Of a stretch of DNA of 64,000 nucleotides, positions 27,561 through 38,973 are shown one piece after another. Made by a program: the position numbers and the translations under genes. A model generated the notes under the pieces. It worked only from the letters and a program-made list of their open reading frames with translations. It made no database searches and was not told the DNA's origin. Position 1 is the stretch's first letter. Every line of letters begins with the position of its first letter. The stretch is from Dictyostelium discoideum (taxonomy: Eukaryota): positions 2,816,001 to 2,880,000 of the forward strand of contig CM000150.2 in the NCBI GenBank assembly GCA_000004695.1, given 5' to 3'.

Positions 27561-28540
27561 ACAAAATTAAAACAACCAAAAATAAAATAAAAAAAAAAAA
27601 TAAATAAAAAAAAAAAAAACAAAAAAAATTTATCACTATGAAAATAAGAAGAGAAAAATTTCTTAAATTTGAGATAAAAATAAAAAAAAGAATAAAAACT
27701 AAAAATAAATTTTTGATCAAAAAAAAAAAATAAAAAAATAAAAAATAAAACAATTTTGTATTTTTTTCTCAATTTTTTTTTTTTTTTTTAATAATTAAAA
27801 ATTTGCAATAAAAATAAAAATAGAAAAAAATAAAGAAAAAAATAGAAAAAATTGGTAGTTATTGTTTTCTAAAAATAACACATGAGGACCCTCGAATCAT
27901 GATTGATTTTAATGATTATAATCAATAAAAAGTTTTTGGGAAAAAAAAATAAAAAAAAATAAAAATAATAAAAAAAAAAAAAAAAAAAAAAACTGACCAC
28001 CCCACCACACACAAACCAAAAATATTCTTTTTTTTTTTTTTTATTATTAAAGTGATGGTTAAATATATCCATTCATACACACATAAAAATTTTTTATTAA
28101 AATAATATTTTAATGAACCCACTTTGATGGTTATGTTAAAAAAAAAAAAAATAAAAAAAAAAAAAAATTCTGTTGAGATTGATTCAGATTTATTCACATT
28201 TTCTTTTTTTTTATTATTATTATTATTATTTAAATAAAAAAAAAAAATAAAAAAATAAAAAAAAAAAAACAACATTTGAAAAGGTTTCTTTTTAATTATT
28301 ATTTTTTTAATTTTTTTTTTTCTATTCATTATTTTAATATTTTTAATATTATTAATTTACCACAAATTTTATATTAAATAAATATATATAAATTAAATAA
28401 ATATATATAAATAAATAAATATTTAGTTTGTTTAGTTTTTTTTTTTTTTAATAATCAATTATTTTTATTATTTTAGTTTAATTTTTATTATAATTATTAT
28501 TATTTTTTAAATATATATATATTTTTTTTTTTAAATAAAA

Positions 28541-29608
28541 ATGGCAGATAAGAAAATTATTATCGATTTTGGATCAGGTTGGACAAAATGTGGTTTTGAA
28601 GGTGAAGTAACACCAAGTGTAGAATGTTTAACAATTGTTGGACATCCGAATAAACAAGGTGATACAAAATTGTTTTATGGTAAAGAAGCAGTTGCAAGAT
28701 TTAGTACATCAAAATTAGTGTATCCAATAAAGAATGGTATAGTTTGTAATTGGGAAGATATGGAAAAGTTTATAGAGAATACATTTTATTATAAATTAAG
28801 AGTTGAACCACAATATCATTCGGTATTACTAACAGAAACAACAATGAATACTAAAGAGAATAGAAATAAAATGGCAGAGATTATGTTTGAAACTTATGAT
28901 ATACCATCAATTAAAATTGAAAATCAACAAAAGTTATCATTTGATCATTTATCAACAGGTACTAAAAACGGTACAATAGTTGATATGGGTGATGACTCAA
29001 TTAATATAGTGCCATTTGTTGATGGTCAACCAGTGACTGATGCCGTTGTTACACTTGATTTCGGTGGTCGTAATTTAACAGGTTATTTGGCCGCTTTGTT
29101 ATTCCAAAATGGTTATAGTTTCTCAACAGTTGCTGATCACCAAATTGTACGTCAAATTAAAGAGAAACATTCTTTCATTGAATTGGATTATGAAAAACCT
29201 TCAAATACTAAAAAACAATCATTTTCTTATCCTGGTTCATCTGATATTCAAATTGATGCTCGTTATTTATACGGTTGTCCTGAACCACTTTTTAGACCTT
29301 CACTAGTTGGTTTTGATTCTTCTGATAGTCTTTGTAATTCAACTTATTCTTCAATTATGAAATGTGATCAGTCAGTTCAACAATCATTATTTTCAAATAT
29401 AATTTTAACAGGTGGTTCTTCAATGTTTACTGGAATTAAAGAACGTCTTGAATTGGAAATTTCAAAAATTAATACTACCAGCAATAAAATTAATATAATA
29501 TGTTCAAAAGATCGTAAAAATTCAAATTGGTTAGGTGCTTCAAAATCAATTACTTCAACTGATAATTGGGTTTCAAAAGAAAAATTTACTGAAAAGGGTA
29601 CTTTTTAA
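28541..29608 (+). CDS. Divergent actin / actin-related protein (355 aa)
   Basis: A single ORF that aligns along its whole length with actin: 'IIIDFGSGWTKCGF' vs 'LVIDNGSGMCKAGF', 'NWEDMEKFIENTFYYKLRVEPQYHSVLLTETTMNTKENRNKMAEIMFETYDIPS', 'VTLDFGGRNLTGYL', 'YSSIMKCD' and 'LTGGSSMFTGIKERL'. Confidence 0.75.
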   Translation: MADKKIIIDFGSGWTKCGFEGEVTPSVECLTIVGHPNKQGDTKLFYGKEAVARFSTSKLVYPIKNGIVCNWEDMEKFIENTFYYKLRVEPQYHSVLLTETTMNTKENRNKMAEIMFETYDIPSIKIENQQKLSFDHLSTGTKNGTIVDMGDDSINIVPFVDGQPVTDAVVTLDFGGRNLTGYLAALLFQNGYSFSTVADHQIVRQIKEKHSFIELDYEKPSNTKKQSFSYPGSSDIQIDARYLYGCPEPLFRPSLVGFDSSDSLCNSTYSSIMKCDQSVQQSLFSNIILTGGSSMFTGIKERLELEISKINTTSNKINIICSKDRKNSNWLGASKSITSTDNWVSKEKFTEKGTF

Positions 29609-29623
29609 TAAATAATTTTTTTA

Positions 29624-29660
<37 letters not shown>

Positions 29661-29860
29661 TTTAAGAAAAAAAAAAACTTGGAAAAAAAAAAAAAAATAT
29701 AGATATTTTTTTTAAAAATTAATTAAAATAAAAAAATAGTATTATTGTGTAAATAAATAGTTTTTTTTTTTTTTTTATTATTTTTTTTTATAAAATATAT
29801 GTTTTTAAATAGATAAATAATATTAATTTTGAAAATATAATTTCTTTTTTTTTTTTTTTT

Positions 29861-30125
29861 TTATCTTTTTCTTTCAAATGTTTTTGTTGGGCAAATTGAC
29901 CAACCAATCCATCTGCTATTTGGATTTTTAACATAGGTAATTTCATTTTCAATTAATTCACATTCTATTGTTGATGATGTTGTTGATTTGATATAAATAT
30001 CATTTTTAGTTGAATTACCATTATTTAATGATTTTAAACATTCTATTTTATTAGTTTAGTTAGAAAAGTCTTTTTTTTTTATTTTTATATTTTTTTTATT
30101 TCAAACACTTACTAAAAAGAGACAT
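29861..30125 (-). CDS. Possible small 2-exon gene (64 aa: MSLFKCLKSLNNGNSTKNDIYIKSTTSSTIECELIENEITYVKNPNSRWIGWSICPTKTFERKR)
   Basis: A 13-nt exon 1 at 30125..30113 (ATGTCTCTTTTTA, donor GTAAGT) joins exon 2 at 30042..29861 through an AATAG acceptor. The phase fits and the codons are GC-enriched (agcagatggattggttggtcaatttgccc). It is spliced, so it is absent from the ORF track. Weak call. Confidence 0.3.
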
Positions 30126-30275
30126 TGTATTTGTGTGGTGTTATTGTTTTTTTTTTATTTTTTTATTTTTTTTATTTTTTTATTTTTTTTTATAATTATA
30201 TTGTAAATAAAATGATTTTTTTTTTAAATCGATTTTGGATTTATACAAATGATAATTTCCAAAATTATATTTAAA

Positions 30276-30308
<33 letters not shown>

Positions 30309-30962
30309 TATTAATTTTTTTTTTTTTTAATAGTACTAAAAATAAAATAATAAATTCAAAAAACATAAAAATTATAAGTAGTTTACAAAAAAATGAGGGG
30401 TTGTGGGTGTGGTTGTGGGGTGTTTATTGTTACATTGATACAATAACTATCCAATCAATCTTTACCACAAAAAACAAAAATCACTTTCGATAATGTTGGA
30501 ATTTATGGTATATAATTATAATGAAATAATTATTTAATTTTGGTATTTAAACTTGAAAATAATAATAATAATAATAATAACAATAATAAAAAAAATGATA
30601 ATAAAAATAATATTTTGCTTTGTTATTACTCAACCCCAAGTTTATAGATCTTTTTTAAGATTAAAAAATAATTTTTTTAAAAAGTCATTAATTTTTTTAT
30701 TTTTTTCATTAACACAAAATAATAGTTATAATCTTGTGTGAGTTGTTTTTATTATTATTATTTTTTAAATATAATTTAATTATTATTATAATTTTTTGTT
30801 TTTTTTATTATTGAAAATGATATACGATAGTTAGTAATGGTGGTTAGTAGTATTAAAATAATGATGATGATTTTACTCTATATATAAATATATTTTTTTT
30901 TGATTTTATTAATATATTCAAACCAATTGAAATAAAAGGTAATTGAATATTAAATGTAATTT

Positions 30963-30995
<33 letters not shown>

Positions 30996-32279
30996 TTAAT
31001 AATTTTCATTTTACAACACCAATTTTAAAATAAAAAAAAACTTTTAATTTCACAGTCACAGTTTATTGTAATTTTTTTTGATATATGCAGTAGTAGTTAG
31101 AATGTAATCATTTATTATTCAAAAAGACACTCCTTACTTGGAAAAAAAGAACAGTAAAATTGTTTTTATTTGTTATTAATTTTTAATGGCATTAAAAAAA
31201 AAATTCATTCAATAAAAACTAATAAATAAATGAGGAATTTACTATAACTATCACTTATTATTTTAAATATTTATAAATAACTTTTTTTTAAAAAAAGTTA
31301 AATAAATATTTATTTTTCATAGTTTTTTTATTATTTTTATAATTTATTAAAATTATATCCCAATTTAAAAAGAATTTGAAAAATTAAAAAAATAATTTAA
31401 TAAAAAATTAATCAAATTCCTTTATTATTTTTAAATTTATTAATTTAATTAAAAAAAAATAATAAAACCAGCAAACATCCCGAATTGGAAGAGGTCATTA
31501 AAAAAAAAAAAAAAAAAAAAAAAAAATTATTTTTAATTGAATATAAATATACATATATGGTTTTATAGTAATTTAAGTATTAGAACACTTTAAAATGCAA
31601 CCTTTTAAAACATTATCCTCTACATTAATATATCACTTTGTTCCAAAGGCATCCCGGAACCAAACATCGGCAATGGAATAGTCAATGTTTCCAGCTTTCT
31701 TCAACGGAGTTTCCCTTGCAAATTTGTAATTTTGATTATTTATTAAATATCTATTGAATTTTTATTATTTTAGTGACTCAAGATGAATTAATTATTTTAA
31801 TTTTTTAATTTTTAATTATTATCCTTCATTGGTTTATATGAATTGTTTTTTTTTTTGTAAAATAAAAGTTATATTATGAAATAATATTTTATAATAGTTT
31901 TCACTATCTTTTTTTTTCACATCGAGAATCCCTAAAAGAAATAAATTTTTTGTAAAAATATTAAAATGATACCCCTTTTACCATTTTCTTATTTTGAAAA
32001 TTTCCTGATTTGGAAATTTTCTTTATGGCTATAAGATTTCCTAAAAAATAGTTAAAATTTCTTTTTTTATTTCAAATAATTCAAAAAAATCGAAAAATGA
32101 TCAAGTATAAAAAGTATATTTTTTTTAAAAAAAAAAAAAAAATAAAATAATCATTCTGACAAATGTAAAAAAAAAAAATAACAAATAGAAAATAAATCTA
32201 ACTCTAACAATTAAAAAAGTTTAGATAAAAGTTGATAGATAGTTTGAAAAAATAAAAAAAAAAGGAAAAGCAATAAATA

Positions 32280-32310
<31 letters not shown>

Positions 32311-32630
32311 AACAATTTAAATCTTTCTTTATTATTTTTGTATAGTAATTTTTTCAAAAAAAAAATGGTTTACATTTAGATAATAATATATGAATCAATA
32401 CCAATCAAATTATAGAGAAAGGAAAGATTTATCTATGCACTATATCATAGAAAGGTTGATGATCATATAAATATTATCCAAAAGTAAGGAAATAAATCAA
32501 TACTAATTAAATGTCAGGGAAAGGAAAGATTTATCTATGGCATTTTGAAAAGAAATTTATCAATAAAAAATTAGAAAAACCAAAAAACTAAAAATAAAAA
32601 AATATAAATAAAATTTTTTTTATTTTTTTG

Positions 32631-32672
32631 AATTGGATAACGCAATTATTATTTGCTTCTCCTTGAGAAAAT
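32631..32672 (-). mobile_element. Partial TRE5-A C-module relic (oldest of a pile-up)
   Basis: 'tttgaattggataacgcaattattatttgcttctccttgag' matches the C-module end seen at 33001..33060 and 41722..41765 but is truncated. Confidence 0.5.
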
Positions 32673-32725
32673 ATAAATAATATAAAAATGTTTAATAATA
32701 TTATTGTTAAATAATAAAAAAAAAT

Positions 32726-32756
<31 letters not shown>

Positions 32757-32894
32757 TTTTGACAATATGATTATAAATGATTTTTTTTTTGTTACAGTAA
32801 ACAAAATAAAGTTTTAAAATAAAACATATAAAAACACATGAAAATTAATTATTAAATTTATTTTTCTTAAAGGAATAAAATAATTATAACTAAT

Positions 32895-32970
32895 TTTTTT
32901 GAATTGGATAACGCAATTATTAGTTGCTTCTCCTTGAGATGCTAGATCTCATTTTATTTGTAGTTTTTTA
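32895..32970 (-). mobile_element. Solo TRE5-A C-module (extremely 5'-truncated insertion)
   Basis: 'ttgaattggataacgcaattattagttgcttctccttgagatgctagatctcattttatttgtagttttttacaggg', preceded by oligo(T) (oligo(A) on the element strand). Confidence 0.55.
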
Positions 32971-32991
32971 CAGGGATAATTAAATCGAATA

Positions 32992-33111
32992 AATTTTTTT
33001 TTTGAATTGGATAACGCAATTATTATTTGCTTCTCCTTGAGATGCTAGATCTCATTTTATTTTATTTATTTATTTTTTTTTTACAGGGTCTCTAAAAGAG
33101 GGGTTGGTTTA

Positions 33112-33149
<38 letters not shown>

Positions 33150-33441
33150 TTTCGAATTTTGAATTGTATTATTACTTTTGATTAAAACATCTTTTTTGTC
33201 CAAACTTTTTTCTAAATCTTTTTTTATTTTATCGTCTGGTTCGTGATTGATGTTTATGACGTATTTGAATTGTTTTTTTTTTAATTGAGTTTTATCCACA
33301 ATTTCGCTTATTTTTTGTAGGCATTTGTGTTGCTTAATATTTGTGGTGTTGTTTGAGATTTTCATTTTATTTTCTTTCTATTTTTTTTATTTTTCTTTAA
33401 AAAGTTAAAAATCTGGAAATTTTCTGATTAACTTGGGTTCC

Positions 33442-33482
<41 letters not shown>

Positions 33483-33999
33483 TTATTTATAGAAAGTACT
33501 GAGTGAATTATTGTATTTTTTGAGATGTTTAGGAAGTTCTATTGCGTGAGGAGGTGAGTTCCATTGTCTGCTAAATTGTAATAGCTTTAGCGAGATTAGT
33601 GAGTCTAATTTATTTTGTTCTTCTGGCCGTTGCTTTGATTTGATTCTTAATGTTTTGTTTATAACCGCTTGTGTCAGCTCTTTGTGTTTTAATTAGTTCA
33701 CGTATTACTTGTTGTCTGTGAATTATTATTTCTTTTTCATCGTGAATGAGTTTGTTTCTTTTGTGCCAAATTTTTTCGAATATAATAGCTATTAAATTGG
33801 CTACTAGTGCAATTTGTAGATGGTTTAAAATCTTCACATTCCAGGTGTGAGTGGTGTGTCCACACTTAGTTAGGGTGTAGTTGAAGATTTCTTGTGTGTT
33901 TTTGATGTGGGCTTTGCAGTTGAAGAATATATGTTCTGAAGTCTCATCTTCCCCACACTGTTGGCATGGCATGTTGAATATTTTTGGTAGTGCTTTCAA
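32992..33999 (-). mobile_element. 5'-truncated TRE5-A non-LTR retrotransposon (ORF2 C-terminus, B-module with ORF1 start stub, C-module, oligo(A)), inserted ~30-45 bp upstream of tRNA-Gln
   Basis: Minus-strand order is ORF2 C-terminal ORF (33999..33610), B-module with ORF1 stub (33365..33081, MKISNNTTNIKQHKCLQKISEIV..), 'agaccctgtaaaaaaaa', then C-module 'aaatgagatctagcatctcaaggagaagcaaataataattgcgttatccaattcaaa' and oligo(A). It is bounded by a 16-17-bp direct duplication 'AATTAAATCGAATAAAT' at 32975..32991 and 34000..34016. Confidence 0.7.
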
Positions 34000-34044
34000 T
34001 TAAATCGAATAAATATAGGTTTTTTTCTAAAAAAAATATCAAAG

Positions 34045-34117
34045 GTTTTATAGTGTAATTGGTTAGCACCCAGGACTTTGAATCCTGTAATCTGAGTTCG
34101 AGTCTCAGTAGAACCAC
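34045..34117 (+). tRNA. tRNA-Gln (anticodon UUG)
   Basis: Cloverleaf read by eye. The acceptor GGTTTTA pairs with TAGAACC. The D-stem is GTGT/GCAC. The anticodon arm is CAGGA-CTTTGAA-TCCTG with TTG. The T-arm is CTGAG-TTCGAGT-CTCAG. The discriminator is A. Confidence 0.85.
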
Positions 34118-34139
34118 TTTTTATATAAACAAAAAATAG

Positions 34140-34165
34140 GTCGTTGGTTCAATTCCTGATTAAGA
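34140..34165 (+). promoter_or_regulatory. ex-B box downstream of tRNA-Gln
   Basis: 'ggtcgttGGTTCAATTCCtgattaag' lies about 22 bp 3' of the tRNA. Confidence 0.5.
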
Positions 34166-34379
34166 AACTAAATGGAACTTATTAATAAAAGCACTCAATT
34201 GTTTAATATTTAAAAGTTTTTAATAGTCATCGATTCACACTTTAAAGCTTTCATATTAATTGTGTTTTTATTATTTATTATGATCAATATTGGCATTAAA
34301 TTAAAAATTTAAGTGGTATGTAATAAAATCAAAAATTAATTTTTTTTTTTAAAATGTTTCGTTTAAAACTTGTTATATA

Positions 34380-35110
34380 TTTTCTATTTTTAAATTAGTT
34401 GAATTTTTAGGAGATGATGAAGAAGCGAATTTTACAAATGCATTATATGTATGTTACAAAAATATTGAATCATGTTGTTCATGTGATATTATTTCAAAGA
34501 TTATTATTTTTAGTTGTAAATCATCACATGAATTAGTTGATATTTTAAGTTTAGATAATAATACAATATTGGATTTGCATGTGGTGTCAATCAAGATGAA
34601 ATAGTTAAAGATCTACAATCTCTATTACCCTATCAAGACATTCTTCCATTAAACAAGAGCCCAAGTTAAGATGATTTCAAATCATTAACGAGTAGAATTA
34701 ATGGTGGTATAAATTTTTCATCCTAAACCAAATGTCCAGTGAATATTGAAGTTTATCCACATTCAACTGAAACTAGATCAATTAAAGAAGATATTTTACT
34801 TGATGTTGTCATTAAACCAATAAAAGTTGGTGCTGATGAAGTAGTAATCCCACCAGGTACTAAAATTAAATTTCTTTCAAATTCCTATTGTTCGAGTTGA
34901 ACAATTATTTTAGCAAATGAACTAATAGTGGGTCAAAAATATAATGAAACGGTTTCATTAAAGCGTAAGAGATTTGATGAGTGTAATCAATTAGTATCAA
35001 TTCCTGGCTTTCCATCTAAAATTAACTTTACCATTGAGTTTAAAAATGAAAATATAAAGTGAATATTCATGAAGGTTCAATCAATTTAAATATCGCTTAC
35101 TTTTTTGGGT
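34380..35110 (+). pseudogene. Truncated, stop-riddled paralogue of the 5' half of the vWA-GTPase gene at 36550..38865
   Basis: 34380..35110 aligns base-for-base with 36940..37700 ('..gatgaagaagcaaattt..tattgaatcatgttg..attatttttagtt..gaattagttgatattttaagtttagataataatacaatat..ggatttgcatgtggtg..' and '..ccagtgaatattgaagtttatccacat.caactgaaac.agatcaat.aaagaaga..'). It carries in-frame stops ('atgaaatag', 'ccaagttaag') and deletions. Confidence 0.7.
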
Positions 35111-35620
35111 GAATTCAAATAAAATATGTGTAACAACTGGTGGTCGGTGTCATCAGTGTTAGTTTTTCCTAATGATTTCTTTATTGTGTTGGTTATTGTT
35201 GCAGAAGTTATTGGTGTTGTAATGTTGGGTGATGATGGTGGTGTTGAATGGTTATTTAATGATTGTTGATTTATTAATTGAATGTGTTGTTAAAGTAGTT
35301 GATTTTGTTTATCTATTACTTGTTGCTGTTCTCTTATTTGACGTTGCTGTTCATTGAATGTTGATACCTGTGATTGATGTTGTTGTTCCTCACTATCCTG
35401 TTGTTGAGGTTCATTATTATCAATATCTTCATTGTTATTATTGTTGTTATTATTATTAGTTGACATTCTCTAAAAATAATTATTTGATAAAATTCAATTA
35501 TTTATTATTACTAATTTAATTTATTATTTTATTATTATTGAATTTATTTGTTATTATTATTATTTAAATAAATGATTAATTATTTAAGAAATAAATGTAC
35601 ACATATATCTAGTTGACGAC

Positions 35621-35755
35621 CGTAGCCCTATCGCGTTTTTATTATTGTATATTTATTACTGAGGTTGAAATAGAAACCTAGTTTCTTTTTATAGTCCTCA
35701 GATTTGAGCGAACTCAAATCTGTTAACTACTCCAACCTCAGCCGATAGGGTTAGA
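35621..35755. repeat. Nested imperfect palindrome / hairpin element (~135 bp), GC-enriched
   Basis: The outer arms are 'CCCTATCG' (35628..35635) and 'CGATAGGG' (35743..35750). The second arms are 'tactgaggttgaaatag' and 'ctactccaacctcag', matching at 13 of 15 positions. The core is a perfect 10-bp stem-loop 'cagatttgag-cgaa-ctcaaatctg', plus 'gaaacctagtttc'. The class is unknown: MITE or structured ncRNA. Confidence 0.5.
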
Positions 35756-36517
35756 TCCAATTTAAACTACAATATTATATTATTTTAATTTTATTCTAAT
35801 TAATTATTATTTTTCTTTTTAATTAAATTATTTTTAAATTTATATTATTATTTTATATGATGATTTTGTGTGTGACATTTTTAATACCTTTATCATCAAT
35901 AATTATCATCAAAATAAAACTAGAAAAAATACCCTTAAAGATATCCAATATCTTAAATTGTTAACAAGGGCTGTTGAATTATGTAAATAAAAAAAAGGTT
36001 CCAAAAAAAAAAAAAATAAATAAATAAATAAATAATATAATTTGATAATTTGGTAAAATAAAAAAAATAAAATAATAATATCGGTCTATAAAAATTATTT
36101 TAAATTATTTATTTGTTTTTATTTTTTACATATCTTATTTTTTTTTTTTTTTTTTACCAAATTAAGTATATCTTTTTTTTTAAACTTAAAATATTAATTA
36201 ATTTGGTAACCACAAGAGGTAATCCTAAATTTTCAAAATTTTTTTTTTTTTTTTTATTTTTTTTTTTTTATTTTTCATTTTTTAATTTTTTAAAAATGAC
36301 CTCTTAAAATATTAAATTCAAAACTTAATAAAATTATTTTTTTTGCCTTAAATCAACATGACCTAAAATTTTAATTAATTCAATAGGAGTCAACAAAAAG
36401 GAATGTTTTTTTTTTTTCAAATAGGAATTAATAAAAAGGAATTATTTTTTTTTTTTTTTTTTATCATTCAATCAAAAATAATAATAAATAATTATTAAAT
36501 AAAAATATCATAAATAA

Positions 36518-36549
<32 letters not shown>

Positions 36550-36552
<3 letters not shown>

Positions 36553-38865
36553 TATAAAGAAATTCCAAAAAATAATAATCAAAGACAAGCTCTTAAAACT
36601 GAACTTAAAACATGTACAAATACAGATAGTAGTGTAGTTTATTATTCAATTCTAATTGAAACATCGTCAAGAATGTCTGCCTATAATGTAATAATTAAAA
36701 CATTTATTACTCAACTTCAAAAAATCAATAGAGATTGTCAACTTCAAATCATTACATTTGATGAAACTGTAAATACAGTATTTGAATTCGAAACTGAACC
36801 AATTCTTCTTAAAGATAGTTTAAAAGAAAGTAAGTAATTTTTTTTTTTTTTTTCTTTAATCTTCAAACATATTCTTATATTAATTTATTAATTTTTTATT
36901 TTTTATTTTTTTATTTTTTTTTTTTTTAAATTAGTTAAATTTTCAAAAGATAATGAAGAAGCAAATTTTGGACAAGCATTACAAGTATGTTATGCTAATA
37001 TTGAATCATGTTGGTCAAGTGATAATATTTCAAAAATTATTATTTTTAGTTCAGGTAAATCAACAGATGAATCAGGAGATGAATTAGTTGATATTTTAAG
37101 TTTAGATAATAATACAATATTTGGATTTGCATGTGGTGCCAATTCCGATGAAGTTGTTAAAGATTTACAATATCTATTACCTGGTCACAAGATTGCTCCA
37201 TTGGGTAAAAATCCAAGTAAAGAAATTAAAACATTAATGAATAGTGGTGGTGAAAGTAACAACAGTTGTGGTGGTAGTGGTAGTGGCGATGATGATGATG
37301 GGGCAAATAATTCATCAACTAATTGTCCAGTGAATATTGAAGTTTATCCACATACAACTGAAACAAGATCAATCAAAGAAGATCTTTTTCTTGATGTTAT
37401 CATTAAACCAGATGGTAATACAACAACGATTCCAGCAGGTACAAAAATTAAATTTCTTTCAAGTAAATATTACTCGGCCTATACCATTCAATTAAAAGAT
37501 GATTTAATATTTGGTGAACCATATGAAGAAACCATTAGATTAGAGTTTAAAAAAGGTCAACTTGAAAAAACACAATTTGAACACTTTCCATCAAAAATTA
37601 ACTTTACCATTGAACTTTCAAATGATAGAGACAATGTCCATCAGGGCTATGTATTTTTGAATATCTCTTACTTTTTAGGTGAATTAAAATCAAAGTATAG
37701 TATTAATATTGGTGTTGAAGGTAATATTGGTAATGGTAAGAGTACTTTATTGAATGGCTTCATTAATCTTTTCAATCCAACAGATGAATTGGTTGAATAT
37801 TTCATTGCAAATCGTTCCAATGATGATCATGTAACCACAAGCTTCAACAATACATCATTAAAGGAAATTCTATCATCAAAACAAGATATTCATCCAGTTC
37901 AAGAATCATTCCATGATATTGATATCTCTTTGTCTGATAATTGGGGTTTCATCGATACCGATGTATCATTAAGATATAAAGCCGAAGGTAGAATTCATCA
38001 TGGTGTCTCAAAGAATAATTGTATAGTTCAACAACCATTGGATCGTTATCGTGTCGATTGTTTTATTTTCGTTGTTTCCATTAGAAGTTTCGGTGATAAA
38101 GATTCTATGGCAAAAATTGAAAAGAAAATTAGAGAAGTTATTGATATGGGTATCACTCCTTTATTAGCTATTACTTTTGTTGATGCTCTTTCTAAAAATC
38201 AATTTCAAGAACTCATTAGAACCAGAGGTGAATTATCAGTTCAAGAATCTAATACCTTTATCATCAATAACTATACTGAAAAGGAAACTCATAGAGATAT
38301 CTCTAAAGATATTCAATATCTTAGATTATTAACAAAAGCTGTTCAATTATGTAAAATTTTAAAAGAAAAGCAAGCAATGAATAAATTAAAAGCTTTATCA
38401 ATTGATGAAAATAATAATCCAACACCTGTTAAAAATCAACAACCATCATCATTTTTTGGTGAATGTTCTTCAACCTTCACTTCTCCAAATAAATCGTTTC
38501 AAAGTCCAATGACTGGATCTCCAATGCAAACTCGTCAATCTGAAACTCAACAACAACAACAACAACAACAGCAACAAATATCTTTACCAATTAATGTTAC
38601 CGTTGATGTTGTACCAGATGCTCAAGGAACTATTTTAACTTCATTCGAGATAGAAGCAAATCTTAATGAAACCATCTCTGAATTAAAGAATAGATTAATC
38701 AATGAAATTGACTCCAATATTAATTCAAATGATTGGAGCCTTACAAAAGAAAATGGTACAATTCTATTCGAGTCTGCTAAATTACTATTATTATCCTCTT
38801 CTTTTAAACCTTCTGAACAACCTGATTCCATTAAATTAGTATTAAAGAAGAAATTAAGATTATAA
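36550..38865 (+). CDS. vWA-like domain plus septin/AIG1-like P-loop GTPase protein with a C-terminal beta-grasp (UBL-like) segment; 2 exons, ~736 aa
   Basis: Exon 1 is 36550..36829 (MYKEIPKNNNQRQALK..LKDSLKE). Intron 36830..36934 runs GTAAGT..AATTAG. Exon 2 is 36935..38865. The N-terminus has a vWA-like beta-alpha pattern with a degenerate MIDAS ('VVYYSILIETSSRM..QIITFDETVNTVF..KIIIFSSGKSTDE'). The Walker A motif is 'INIGVEGNIGNGKSTLLNGF', which is septin/GIMAP-like. Further motifs are 'WGFIDTDV', 'CFIFVVS' and 'AITFVDAL'. The C-terminus reads 'INVTVDVVPDAQGTILTSFEIEANLNETISELKNRL..SIKLVLKKK'. Confidence 0.6.

Positions 38866-38973
<108 letters not shown>

Noticed and set aside
33081-33365. 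94-aa ORF (MKISNNTTNIKQHKC..) and the similar ORF at 41495..41695
   Set aside because: Both are the ORF1 start stub carried by the TRE5-A B-module, and they run into oligo(A). They are parts of the retrotransposons, not host genes.
33610-33999. 129-aa ORF (MKALPKIFNMPCQQCGEDETSEH..)
   Set aside because: It is the C-terminal part of TRE5-A ORF2 in the 5'-truncated copy, so it is annotated as part of the mobile element.
35300-35470. 57-aa minus-strand ORF '[57 protein letters not shown]'
   Set aside because: It is short and low-complexity, and it sits inside the pseudogene/palindrome block. It may be another gene fragment but lacks support.
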